Position numbers and translations under genes: made by a program
Shown here: in pieces, positions 1 through 9,320 of the stretch
How the letters are laid out: each line of letters begins with the position of its first letter
Numbering within the stretch: position 1 is the stretch's first letter
Source: an uncultured Actinomycetes bacterium
GTDB lineage: Bacteria > Actinomycetota > Acidimicrobiia > IMCC26256 > DASPTH01
Direction of reading: 5' to 3'
DNA length: 64,000 nt
NCBI GenBank assembly: GCA_963705625.1
Contig: CAVPKG010000001.1
Span: 3,790-67,789, forward strand
Notes under the pieces: model-generated
What the model was told of the DNA's origin: nothing
Seen by the model: only the letters and a program-made list of their open reading frames with translations
Database searches by the model: none

Positions 1-849
1 CTCAAGGAACTCCATGAACTTTGGATCGCTGAACACGTTTTGGAATTGGCTCGAAAGCTTATTCACGATTTCCGGCGGGGTGCTCTTTGGCGCGGCAACG
101 CCCCACCAACCCTGGCCCGGATAGTCACTCCAACCGACCTCAGCGAAGGTCGGCACGTTCGGGAGCACTCGTGATCGCTTGGCAGAGGTCACCGCAAGCG
201 CCTTCACCTTGCCGGCTTCCATAAGCCCGAGGAAATTACCAACCCCGAAGCGCGTAACCTGCACGTCGTTAGCCGCCAGTGCCTGGGCCGCGGGGCCCCC
301 TCCACGGTAGGGGATCCCGACAATTTTGGTTCCCCACTGATTGTTCATCCACTTCAGAAAAAGGTCCGGATATGAGCCTTCGCCCAGGGTGGCATAATTC
401 AATCCGTCGGGCTTGCTCTGCGCGAGCGTCTTCAGCTCCGCCACCTTATTCACGTTGATCGCCGATGAGGCGAACAAACCTTCAACAAGGAAGAACAGCC
501 TTCCCACCGGCACGAAATCAGTGTCGGCATTATAGGGCAGGTTCGCGAACAACAGCGGGTTGAAGGACATGGTCGAATGATAGATGACGCAGATCGTATA
601 ACCATCAGCCGGCGCCTGGGCACATTGCCTAGCTGCGAGTATGCCTGAGGCGCCGCCATTGTTTTCGATCACTAGCGGTTGACCAAGCCAAGTCTGCAAT
701 TCCGCTCCAGCCGCGCGCATGATCACGTCGGTAACGCTGCCGGCTGCGATCGATACGATTACGCGGATCGGCTTTGTCGGATACTGCTGCGCCTGCGCGG
801 TCAAGGTCCAGCCGGCCAGAAGCAGGCCAAGTATAATTCGATGAAGCAT
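1..849 (-). CDS. Bug-family (TctC-like) tripartite tricarboxylate transporter substrate-binding protein; 3' end lies outside the window
   Basis: Reverse translation from ATG 849..847 gives MLHRIILGLLLAGWTLTAQAQQYPTKPIRVIVSIAAGS... It has a signal peptide and Bug/TctC-type segments (PIRVIV, GIPYRGGGPAAQALAANDVQ, GWWGVAAPKSTP). The frame stays open to position 1. It is absent from the ORF track because it is edge-truncated. Confidence 0.8.
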   Translation of the reverse strand, partial: MLHRIILGLLLAGWTLTAQAQQYPTKPIRVIVSIAAGSVTDVIMRAAGAELQTWLGQPLVIENNGGASGILAARQCAQAPADGYTICVIYHSTMSFNPLLFANLPYNADTDFVPVGRLFFLVEGLFASSAINVNKVAELKTLAQSKPDGLNYATLGEGSYPDLFLKWMNNQWGTKIVGIPYRGGGPAAQALAANDVQVTRFGVGNFLGLMEAGKVKALAVTSAKRSRVLPNVPTFAEVGWSDYPGQGWWGVAAPKSTPPEIVNKLSSQFQNVFSDPKFMEFLE

Positions 850-919
850 GTGGTTCCCTCCAAAGACGCTGGCGTGCATTTGATGGTTTTTCCGCTTTAT
901 CTTGTGGTCAGAGTTTCTT

Positions 920-1280
920 GTTAAACGCATCCTGGATGAAGTCGTGCTCGAGGATGTTGCCGCCGCCGAAGCAGAAGCCGACCGCGGCCTTCTTGGTGCT
1001 GTCGCCGATGCCGCGCTTGTCGGCCTCGGCCACCAGCGTGTTGAGCGCCGCGTTGACGCGCTTTCATCCTTCGCCGTACATGCAACCGACGAAGGCGATA
1101 TATTTGTCGCCCGCCATCTTTTGCGCGCACTTGATCGCAAGCTCGGTGACGCCGAGCCAGTTCGGCATCACCAGCATGCAATGGACGTTTGCCGCTGATC
1201 TTCTCGTTCCAAACGAGCGCGCCTTTGCCTTTGACGCTGCCCGCCTGATAGTCAATCCGTTCGACTACCACATTTAGCCT
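920..1280 (-). pseudogene. dienelactone hydrolase-family fragment, frameshifted and truncated
   Basis: Three reverse frames together read IDYQAGSVKGKGALVWNEKISGKRP / LMLVMPNWLGVTELAIKCAQKMAGDKYIAFVGCMYGEG / KKAAVGFCFGGG. This is the N-terminal half of a DLH fold with the GFCFGG nucleophile elbow. It is broken by at least two frame changes and then stops. Confidence 0.5.
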
Positions 1281-1297
1281 CCCGCAATCTTTCTGCG

Positions 1298-2278
1298 CTA
1301 CTTGACGATGACTTCGCCGATCAGGCCGGCGTCCCATTGCGTGAGGAACAGCCGCCCATCCGACATCGGCGCGATGCAGCGCGCGCCGCTTCCCGGTGTC
1401 GGGATGTCGTATTCGCCGAGTACGGTGCCGTCCGGCGCCATGCGGCCGATCTTGTTGGCGAAGTTTGCTGTGTACCAGAGGTCGCCGTCGGCGCCGACCG
1501 TGACGCCGCGCAGCGATGCGTTCGGCGTCGGCACCTTGTGCTCGGTGATCTTTCCGTTGCGGTCGATCCGGCCGAGCGCGTTGGTCGAGGTCTCGACGAA
1601 CCAGATCGAGCCGTCGGGATGGGACACCATCGCACGCGGTTGGCTGTCGTGGCTCGGGATCGGAAACTCGGTGACCTTGCCGTCCATGGTCATACGGCCG
1701 ACGCGGGAGCCGGCCGCCTCGCTAAACCAAAGCGCGCCGTCGCGCACAACGATCGACAGCGGCTTCGAACCTGGCGTGATGCCGTCCTTGAACTCGGTTA
1801 CTTGTCCTTTCGGGGTGATGCGACCGATCTGGCTCACTTCGGTTTCGGAGAACCAGATGTTTCCGTCGGGACCGAGCATCATGGCGTCCGGACCGGCGTT
1901 GGGCGTCGGCAGCGCGAATTCCGTGATTTTGCCCTGCATCGTGATGCGGCCGATCTTGCCGGCCGATTTTTCCGCGAACCACAGATCGCCCTCGGGACCG
2001 ACAACGATCCCGATTGGTGTGGCGTTCGCCGAAGGCAGGTCGAACTCCTTGAACGCGTAAGTCTTGGGATCGAGTCGGCCGATTTTCGAAGTGCCGCTCT
2101 CGCAGAACCAAACAGCTCGTACCTCAGCCAGACCCGATAGGTTTTCACCACGTCCGTCTCGCAGTACTCGGCAATCTGCTTGACCTTGCCCTCGAGGCGC
2201 CTGGCGTGCACCCATGCGCGATAAAAAATCGTGCGTACGGCCGACGCCGTCTCGATGAATATCAAGAAAAAGGTGCAA
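1298..2278 (-). CDS. virginiamycin B lyase (Vgb)-like beta-propeller protein; homology covers ~1298-2100 only, N-terminus replaced
   Basis: ORF 1298..2278(-). From VWFCESGTSKIGRLDP to LIGEVIVK there are tandem ~40-aa blades with the Vgb pattern (G.DG.LWF.E...N.IGRIT..G.ITEF.+P). The first ~60 codons lack this periodicity. Confidence 0.7.
   Translation of the reverse strand: MHLFLDIHRDGVGRTHDFLSRMGARQAPRGQGQADCRVLRDGRGENLSGLAEVRAVWFCESGTSKIGRLDPKTYAFKEFDLPSANATPIGIVVGPEGDLWFAEKSAGKIGRITMQGKITEFALPTPNAGPDAMMLGPDGNIWFSETEVSQIGRITPKGQVTEFKDGITPGSKPLSIVVRDGALWFSEAAGSRVGRMTMDGKVTEFPIPSHDSQPRAMVSHPDGSIWFVETSTNALGRIDRNGKITEHKVPTPNASLRGVTVGADGDLWYTANFANKIGRMAPDGTVLGEYDIPTPGSGARCIAPMSDGRLFLTQWDAGLIGEVIVK
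2105..2265 (-). pseudogene. possible C-terminal fragment of a PolB-exonuclease-like (RNase H fold) 3'-5' exonuclease
   Basis: ORF 1879..2265(-) starts ...RRLEGKVKQIAEYCETDVVKTYRVWLRYELF, resembling the YCE.DV..TY..+LR motif of that family. Only ~50 codons match, and the fragment is then out of frame with the neighbouring gene. Weak call. Confidence 0.3.
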
Positions 2279-2519
2279 TGATTACAGGCTAATGCTGGCT
2301 TGTATGCTGTCCGGGGCTAGCCAAGATCGTCCAGTGATCGTTATCCATTGCCGCAGTGCACGGCACCACCAATTGCGGACCTATGCACCGCAGCAGACAA
2401 CATCTTCACGCGATTTACCTGGTCGCGCGCCACGAGCAAAGGTGATATCGTCAGCCCTACTTACTGGACACCCCCTGGTGCGCGAGTGGTTCGTGTTTCT
2501 CGCCGACTTCCACACGGTT

Positions 2520-2592
2520 CCACTAGATGCGATAGGGCTTTTCACCGTTCGACTGGCGTCCACGGTCTTCTACAGTTCTTGGGACCAGTGTT
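2520..2592. repeat. copy A of a ~72-nt imperfect direct repeat
   Basis: CCACTAGATGCGATAGGGCTTTTCACCGTTCGACTGGCGTCCACGGTCTTCTACAGTTCTTGGGACCAGTGT aligns with 3304..3374. The alignment has roughly 10 mismatches and one 1-nt indel. Confidence 0.7.
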
Positions 2593-2761
2593 TGTTCTGT
2601 TGCGGCGGAACCCCCCTATGGTTTTTGGCATCTGGATAGCGAAATGATTTTATGCGATCCTTGCGGCAGCCGACGCATATCCCAAATATTTCCGCGAGAA
2701 CGTAGCGCCTGAGCTACGTGTCGCCGTCGTCCCCACAAACGACAACGAGAGCGGCTAAGAA

Positions 2762-3139
2762 ATGTCGAAGACTAAGCGCAGGCGCATTCAGCGCGACCCG
2801 CAGATACAAAAGCGTCATCGCGAGCGTTTCCTGGCTGCGTTAGCCAGTGGCAGCTCGCCAACTCGGGCTGCTAAAAAAGCTGGCATTGGGCGCTCCACGC
2901 TGTATGAAACGCGCAGCAAAGACCGAGAGTTCGCCAGGGCTTGGGACGATGCGGTGATGGAAGGCATCGATCGTCTTGAGGACGAGGCACTGAGGAGGGC
3001 GACGGAAGGAGGCAGCGACCGGCTGCTGGAGATGCTGCTGCGACGGAGAAGGCCGGAGGTGTATGCGCGGCATGCGAGTGAGACAAGCCCGCCCGTCAAC
3101 GCAGTTGTGACGCTTGAGGAGGCAAAGAGGAAGGATTAG
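2762..3139 (+). CDS. small HTH protein resembling a phage terminase small subunit / homeodomain-like regulator
   Basis: ORF 2762..3139 reads RERFLAALASGSSPTRAAKKAGIGRSTLYETRSKDREFARAWDDAVMEGIDRLEDEALRRA. This is an HTH followed by the conserved EF...W pattern of terminase small subunits. It is intact and lies between the two repeat copies. Confidence 0.55.
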   Translation: MSKTKRRRIQRDPQIQKRHRERFLAALASGSSPTRAAKKAGIGRSTLYETRSKDREFARAWDDAVMEGIDRLEDEALRRATEGGSDRLLEMLLRRRRPEVYARHASETSPPVNAVVTLEEAKRKD

Positions 3140-3303
3140 GGAATTAGGCTTGCCGATGCTTGAGCTGGAAAGCGACTACGAGGATGCTGACAAGGCCGGA
3201 GATTGAGTTTAATTCTCCCGAGGCAATGGAGGCTTCGTATGGCGGGTATTTATCTATCCCTAACTCGACAGCGACTCCGCACGGAATCCAGGTTGTTTTT
3301 CGT

Positions 3304-3374
3304 CCACTAGCTGCGATAGGGGTTTTCAGCGTTCCAGTGGAGTCCACGGGCTCTACAGTTCTTGCGACCAGTGT
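3304..3374. repeat. copy B of the ~72-nt imperfect direct repeat
   Basis: CCACTAGCTGCGATAGGGGTTTTCAGCGTTCCAGTGGAGTCCACGGGCTCTACAGTTCTTGCGACCAGTGT is in the same orientation as copy A. Confidence 0.7.
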
Positions 3375-3404
3375 GGTGTCCAGTAAGTCCACACTTCAGC
3401 CGGA

Positions 3405-3600
3405 GCTGCGGTTGCCCCGATCGCGCAGGAAGCGCTCACGCGGATTGCTGCTCTCTATGCGATGAGAAGACGATTCGCTGGCGCCCGCAGCGCCGCTGAA
3501 GCGGCTGCGACCCGAGCACATAACGCCGAAAAACCTCAATGCCTGGGAGTGCATCGTTGGCAAGGACCGGTGCATCACGCACCCAATCGGGCAACGATGT
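3405..3600 (+). mobile_element. IS66-family transposase remnant (internal fragment, several frame changes)
   Basis: Frames together read VAPIAQEALTRIAALYA / DEKTIR / AAPLKRLRPEHITPKNLNAWECIVGKDRCITHPIGQ. This matches the ...ALKRIxALYxIExxIRG..AeERLxxRQe.S.Pl...L.aW... block of IS66 transposases. No ends and no intact ORF were found. Confidence 0.45.
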
Positions 3601-3764
3601 ACGGACGACCAGCCCACCACGATTAAGGGGCGAACTTCGGCTAATTTTGGATACTCTAAGCCACTATTCGCCTGTGTTCATCGCACCTTTGGCGATCAAT
3701 TCATTGCGTCGGCGCGTGCAATTTTTTTCTGAACGCAGCGGTCGGGTGAGGCATCGACGAGAGG

Positions 3765-4775
3765 GTGCCTAGGATCGGCGATGAGGAAACCACCATCGTG
3801 CTGACAATGACGCCGTGGTCCAAGGGCTCAGGCGAGGTTCTCTACATACAGGACATTCAACGCTGGGGCATATTGACCATCGGTACGGCCTCGGAAATTC
3901 GCGGTTCACCAATCGTGAGGATACCGGGTTCAACCGTCGGACAGCCATCATCCGTCCGCCCGCTGCGCGTGCAATATACCCGCGAACAAGCGACTGGCTG
4001 GGACCCCAAGGGGCCTGCCTCCATTCACCGCGCGCGTGCGGCAATCGATGCGTCGGGCAACGTTATTGCGTATGAGTTCACCAGCAAGGGTTTTTCCCGC
4101 ATCGACGTGAACACGAACGGCGGTGCGCCGTGGGATACGCTTGCGGGACAGGTGCGCGATGTCGCGCTCAAGTCCGGCGACGGCTTTGGCGTACCGGCAA
4201 AATCGTACGAGTTCGCCAACAAGCGGCTCGCGTGGGAAACCATTCCGCCACTTCTTGATCGCGCCTCGCCGTTGCGCAGCGCTCATCTGCGCGATCCGGT
4301 CGGACCACAGATCCATTTTGCGGGCGAGTTCTTCATGGACGAGCTGGCGGCAGCGCTCAATCTTGATGCCGTTGAGTTTCGCCTTCGGCATATGAAAGAG
4401 CCGCGCGACGTTGCAGTGATCAATGCCGCCGCGGAGAAGGCGGGCTGGCAAACGCGGCCTTCACCACGACGCGATCAGACCGGCAACAAAGTCAGCGGCC
4501 GCGGCATCGCCTATGCACAACGCAATGGCACGCGCGTTGCGGTCGTGGCAGAGGTCGATATCGACCGTTCGAGCGGCAAGATCTGGGCGCGCAAGTTCGC
4601 GGTCGCCCATGATTGCGGTCAGATCATCAACCCTGATGGGCTCAGGCATACTATCGAGGGCAACATCGTTCAGGGGGTGAGCCGCACGCTATGGGAAGAG
4701 GCGCCCGGGAACAGGACCTCGTCGCTCTGTTGCGGCGGGCGTAGGGCGCGCGGCACGCTCGCGAAATCTCGTTGA
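3765..4775 (+). pseudogene. internal fragment of a molybdopterin-binding oxidoreductase beta subunit (IorB / aldehyde oxidase-xanthine dehydrogenase family)
   Basis: ORF 3765..4775 reads ...VQYTREQATGWDPKGPA...AHLRDPVGPQIHFAGEFFMDELAAALNLDAVEFRLRH...AVAHDCGQIINPDGLRHTIEGNIVQGVSRTLWEE. The N-terminal domains are missing. Homology stops at ~4692 and the rest is read-through. Confidence 0.7.
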
Positions 4776-4841
4776 TCCGCTCGAACCCGCGTTGCCAGAT
4801 TGCGCCGGTGACGATTTCGCCACCGGCATAACCTCGAGCAC

Positions 4842-5387
4842 ATGCCCGTGCAGGAGGGTCCGGTCGGCCCGTTCCCCCATGGCAAGGATCCCGACGAGTA
4901 CGACCGCTTGCGCCGCCGCGTGCTCTGGACGATGCCGAGCGGGCTCTACGTGCTGGGCAGCACCGACAAGGGCGAGCGTCGGAACGGCATGACGCTGAAC
5001 TGGGTGACGCAGGTGTCGTTCGCCCCCAAGATGCTCGCGGTGGCGATCGAGCTCGGCGCGTACACGCACGAGCTCGTGTCCGACGGCCGCGTCTTCAGCG
5101 TGAACATCGTCGATCGTGAGGACCGCGCCATCGTGCGCAAGTTCACCAAGCCGGTCGAGGTCGACCTCGCGGCACAGACGCTGAACGGCGTTCCGTTCCA
5201 CGACGGCCTGTCCGGCGCGCCGATCCTCGACCAGGCCGCGGCCTACCTCGACTGCGAGGTGCGCGAGTCGGTGTCAGTGGGTGAGCACACGCTGTTCCTG
5301 GGCGAGATCGTGGACGCCGGCTTCCAGAAGCCCGAGGACACCCCTGTCCTCAGGATGGAGGACACCCGCATGAACTACGGCGGGTGA
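4842..5387 (+). CDS. flavin reductase family protein (FMN-binding split barrel)
   Basis: ORF 4842..5387 reads SGLYVLGSTDKGERRNGMTLNWVTQVSFAPKMLAVAIE...HTLFLGEIVDAG, typical of the flavin reductase-like domain. Its last 10 codons and stop are part of the tandem repeat. Confidence 0.85.
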   Translation: MPVQEGPVGPFPHGKDPDEYDRLRRRVLWTMPSGLYVLGSTDKGERRNGMTLNWVTQVSFAPKMLAVAIELGAYTHELVSDGRVFSVNIVDREDRAIVRKFTKPVEVDLAAQTLNGVPFHDGLSGAPILDQAAAYLDCEVRESVSVGEHTLFLGEIVDAGFQKPEDTPVLRMEDTRMNYGG

Positions 5388-5591
5388 TGTCGGCTGCGGA
5401 TGCGGGTGTCCGACCCGTGGTGTTGGAGGACACCCGCATGAACTACGGCGGGTGATGTCGGCTGCGGATGCGGGTGTCCGACCCGTGGTGTTGGAGGACA
5501 CCCGCATGAACTACGGCGGGTGATGTCGGCTGCGGATGCGGGTGTCCGACCCGTGGTGTTGGAGGACACCCGCATGAACGACGGCGGGTGA
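5357..5591. repeat. 68-bp tandem repeat, 3 full copies plus a diverged 31-nt partial copy
   Basis: The unit is GGAGGACACCCGCATGAACTACGGCGGGTGATGTCGGCTGCGGATGCGGGTGTCCGACCCGTGGTGTT. Copies start at 5357, 5425 and 5493, and a partial copy at 5561 has AACGAC instead of AACTAC. Each unit contains a 12-bp inverted repeat GGACACCCGCAT/ATGCGGGTGTCC. ORFs 5274..5507(-) and 5375..5575(-) are offset by exactly 68. Confidence 0.9.
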
Positions 5592-5652
5592 CGGGCAAAC
5601 GGGGTCCCGGGTACGCTCCGGCCGTCCGTCCGAGTCGCCCGTGGAGGCCTCG

Positions 5653-7285
5653 ATGCTGTCGACGATGCAAGACTTCCCCCTCACCGTCGGGATGATCTTC
5701 CGCCACGGCCGAACGGTCTTCGGCGACAGCGAGGTCGTGACGTTCGAGGACGACTCGAGCCGGCGGGCGTCGTTCGCCGACGTCGCGAACCGGGTCGACC
5801 AGCTCTCGGCGGCGCTCCGTCGCCTCGGCATGGACTCGGGCGACCGGGTCGGCACCTTCGGATGGAACACCCAGGAGCATCTCGAAGCGTATTTCGCGAT
5901 CCCCTGCATGGGCGGGGTGCTCCACACGCTCAACATCCGGCTGTTCCCCGATCAGCTCGTGTACATCGTGAACCACGCCGAGGATCGCATCGTCATCGTC
6001 GACGGCTCCCTTCTACCGGTGCTCGCGAAGCTCGCGCCCGAGCTGCCGAGCGTCGAGTACTACCTCGTGGTGGGCGACGCCGACACCGCCCCACTCGAGG
6101 GCAACCGCGCGCAGGTGCTCCGCTACGACGAGCTCCTCGCCGCCGAGCGACCCGGCATCGCGTACCCCGAGATCGACGAGCGGGCTGCGGCCGCGATGTG
6201 TTACACGAGCGGCACCACCGGCAATCCGAAGGGGGTCGTCTACTCGCACCGTTCCACCTTCCTGCACTCCATCGGTGTCCTCCAGGCCGGCGCGGTCTCG
6301 TACACCGATCGCGACCGCGTGCTGCCCGTGGTCCCGATGTTCCACGCGAACGCATGGGGAATGCCGTACGCGGCGTGGATGGCCGGGGCCGACCTGATCA
6401 TGCCCAACCGCTACCTCCAGGCAGAGCCGCTCGCGCGTCTCATCCAACAGGAGAAGCCCACCTGCGCGGGCGCGGTGCCCACGATCTGGACCGAGCTCCT
6501 GCACTACGGAGAGGCGAACCCCGTCGACCTCTCGTCGCTGCAGAAGGTTCTCTGCGGCGGCTCGGCGGTGCCGCGCTCGCTCATCGAGGGGTTCGAGGCG
6601 CAGTTCGGCGTCCGCATCGTGCAGGGCTGGGGCATGACCGAGACGAGCCCGCTTGCCGCGATGTCATGGCCGCCGAAGGGCGTCGAGCTCGGTACCGCCC
6701 AGGAGATGGACTGGCGCGGCGAAGTCGGGACGCGTCATCGCCGGCGTCGAGCTGCGCATCGTCGACGACGACGGCACCGTGCTCCCGTGGGACGGCGAAG
6801 CGGTTGGCGAGGTTCAGGTGCGCGGGCCGTGGGTCACCGGCGCGTACTACCGCGACCCCGACCCGCAGAAATTCGACGACGGCTGGCTCCGCACCGGCGA
6901 CATCGCGAGCGTCACGCCGAACGGCTACATCCAGATCACCGACCGCGCGAAGGACGTCATCAAGTCCGGCGGGGAATGGATCTCGTCGGTCGAGCTCGAA
7001 GTGCTGCTCATGGCGCATCCGGCGGTGGCGGAGGCCGCGGTGATCGCGGTACCCGATCCGCGTTGGGCGGAGCGACCGCTTGCATGCATCGTGGTGAAGA
7101 ACGGTGCCGAGGTGACGGCGAGCGAGCTGCGCGACTTCCTCGGTGATCGCGTCGCGAAGTGGCAACTTCCCGAGCGTTGGACCTTCATCGCCGAGGTCCC
7201 GAAGACGAGCGTCGGCAAGTTCGACAAGAAGGCGCTGCGGTCTCGTCACGCCGACGGCGCTCTCGTCGTCGAGGAGCTCGCGTGA
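5653..7285 (+). CDS. AMP-dependent synthetase/ligase (long-chain fatty acid-CoA ligase type), one apparent frameshift near 6716
   Basis: ORF 5641..7146 carries [18 protein letters not shown] and GWGMTETSP. The C-terminal half ([16 protein letters not shown]...LRTGDIA...[16 protein letters not shown]...[11 protein letters not shown]) is in ORF 6653..7285. Confidence 0.85.
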
Positions 7286-7307
7286 ACCGCGGGCAGCCTT
7301 GGCCGCG

Positions 7308-9308
7308 ATGACCCCGACGCTCGCCGAATCGGTCCTCGACCGGCTCGGCAGCGATCTCTGGCTCCTCATTCCCGCGTTCGTGTTCTCGGTGCTCGCGGGC
7401 GTCTTCGTCGGCCGGGTGCTCGGGGTCCGGCGGTCGTTTGCGGCGAGCGTGCTCTCCGGGTTCGTCGGCTTCGCGGTGGGCGTGGCGGTCTCGCTGCTGA
7501 TCGCGAACGAACGCGGCAACGCGTCCGAAGGCTTCGCCCGGAACCTGTTCCTGTTCGCGCTGTTCGGCGCGATGGCGGCGGCGGTATGGATCGAGTTCCT
7601 CTCGCGGCCCGGAATGATGGCCCGCGCGCAAACCGGCCTCGCATCGGTCCCGCACCCGGTGCGGTCCCTCCGTCGCCGCGGTCGCCGGATGGCGCGGTAC
7701 GCCGAGATCACGCGGATCGCAGTACGCAACGGCCTCGGCCCGTCGCTCGGTCTCGGCCGCCACGAAGATGTCTCCCAGAACGGCGCCAAACCGCCCACTG
7801 TGCGTCGACTCCGGCTGTCGCTCGAGCAGTGCGGCGGCATGTTCGTGAAGCTCGGCCAGATCGCTTCGACGCGCTCCGACATGCTCTCCCCCGACGCGGT
7901 CAAGGAGCTGTCGTTGCTCCAGGATCGTGTGCAGCCGGCCGCCCGCGACGATGTCGCGGCCTTGCTCGAGTCCGAGCTCGACGCGCCGCTCGAGGACATG
8001 TTCGCCACCTTCGACTGGCAGCCGCTCGCGGCGGCGTCCATCGGTCAGGTGTACCGAGCCGCCCTACCCGACGGCTCACCGGTGGTGGTGAAGGTGATCA
8101 GGCCCGGCATCGAGGAGTCGGTGGCGGTCGACCTCTCGGTGCTCGAAGAGCTCGGGCACGTCGTGGAGACGCGTACGTCGTGGGGCGCCGACTACCACGT
8201 GATGGATCTCGTCGACGAGTTCAGTTCCCGACTGCGCGAAGAGCTCGACTTCCGAATCGAAGCGCGCAATGCGCGCGCGATCGCGTCCAGCCTGCCGAGC
8301 GGATCGCGGATCTCGATCCCCGAGGTCTACGAGGAGCTGAGCACGTCGCGGGTGCTCGTGATGGAGTGGCTCGACGGCGCGAGCGTGCGCGACGTCGCCT
8401 GGGGGGATGCGCGCGCCGCGGAGCGAACCAAGATCGCCGACCTCCTGCTCCGCACGTTCCTCGAGCAGATGCTCCAGGACGGCGTGTTCCACGCCGACCC
8501 GCACCCGGGAAACGTGATGCTGCTCACCGATGGTCGCCTCGCACTGATCGACTTCGGCGCGGCGGGCCGTCTCGACTCCGTCCAGCAGGCCGCGCTCCGA
8601 GATCTCATGGCCGGTGTGAGCCGACGCGACGCCGACGCGGTGGCGCAGGCGGTGCTGCAGGTCGCGAGCCTGCGACGCGGCGTCGACATCGCCGACTTCG
8701 AGCGCGCGCTGGCGCGGTTCATGGCCCAACATCTCGCGCCCGGTGCGCGTGCCGACGCCGCGATGTTCAATGCGATGCTCCGGCTGTTCTTCGAGTTCGG
8801 CATCACGCTCCCCGCGGAGTGGAGCACGTTCTTCCGCGCGTTGATCGTGCTCGAGGGCACGCTCACGACGATCGCTCCCGGCTATTCGGTGATCGACGCG
8901 GCCGAGGCCATCGCCGCGCAGTGGGTCCGCGGGCAGATCACACCGGGATCCGTGCAACAGGCGGTGCGCGACGAGATCCTGCGCACGGTGCCGATGCTGC
9001 GGCGGCTGCCGCGTCACGTCGACCGCGCGTTCAGCATGCTCGAGCGCGAGGGGATCCGCGTGCGGGTGAGCCATTTCCAGGACGCCGACGACACCAGGTT
9101 CGTGACGACGCTCGTGAACCGCTCGATCCTCGCGTTCCTGTCGGGGACCATCGGCTTGCTGTCCGTCGGGCTGATCGCGATCGAGGGCGGTCCACCGTTC
9201 AGCGGCAATACGTCGCTCTTCCAGGTGTTCGGCTACTTCGGACTGTTCTGCTCGACCGTCCTCGCCATGCGCGTCATCGTCGCCGTCCTCCGCGACCGCC
9301 TGAACTAG
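7308..9308 (+). CDS. ABC1/UbiB (AarF) atypical kinase family protein with N- and C-terminal transmembrane segments
   Basis: ORF 7143..9308; internal ATG at 7308 lies after the upstream stop. Motifs: LEQCGGMFVKLGQIASTRSD, AAASIGQVYRA, VVVKVIRPGI, FHADPHPGNVML, LIDFGAAG. Confidence 0.85.
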   Translation: MTPTLAESVLDRLGSDLWLLIPAFVFSVLAGVFVGRVLGVRRSFAASVLSGFVGFAVGVAVSLLIANERGNASEGFARNLFLFALFGAMAAAVWIEFLSRPGMMARAQTGLASVPHPVRSLRRRGRRMARYAEITRIAVRNGLGPSLGLGRHEDVSQNGAKPPTVRRLRLSLEQCGGMFVKLGQIASTRSDMLSPDAVKELSLLQDRVQPAARDDVAALLESELDAPLEDMFATFDWQPLAAASIGQVYRAALPDGSPVVVKVIRPGIEESVAVDLSVLEELGHVVETRTSWGADYHVMDLVDEFSSRLREELDFRIEARNARAIASSLPSGSRISIPEVYEELSTSRVLVMEWLDGASVRDVAWGDARAAERTKIADLLLRTFLEQMLQDGVFHADPHPGNVMLLTDGRLALIDFGAAGRLDSVQQAALRDLMAGVSRRDADAVAQAVLQVASLRRGVDIADFERALARFMAQHLAPGARADAAMFNAMLRLFFEFGITLPAEWSTFFRALIVLEGTLTTIAPGYSVIDAAEAIAAQWVRGQITPGSVQQAVRDEILRTVPMLRRLPRHVDRAFSMLEREGIRVRVSHFQDADDTRFVTTLVNRSILAFLSGTIGLLSVGLIAIEGGPPFSGNTSLFQVFGYFGLFCSTVLAMRVIVAVLRDRLN

Positions 9309-9320
9309 TGCCGGTGCGCG

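Noticed and set aside
2762-3139. Terminase-small-like gene as evidence for a prophage
   Set aside because: No large terminase, portal, capsid, integrase or attachment-site evidence occurs nearby. It is an isolated HTH gene in a decayed region.
6581-8041. Long antisense ORFs, for example 6581..8041(-), 8076..9074(-), 9486..10376(+), 12396..13304(-), 26612..28249(-), 38467-side frames and 58299..59891(-)
   Set aside because: Their translations are Arg/Ala/Pro/Gly-rich low-complexity strings lying opposite clearly homologous genes. These are typical GC3-driven stop-free antisense frames, not genes.
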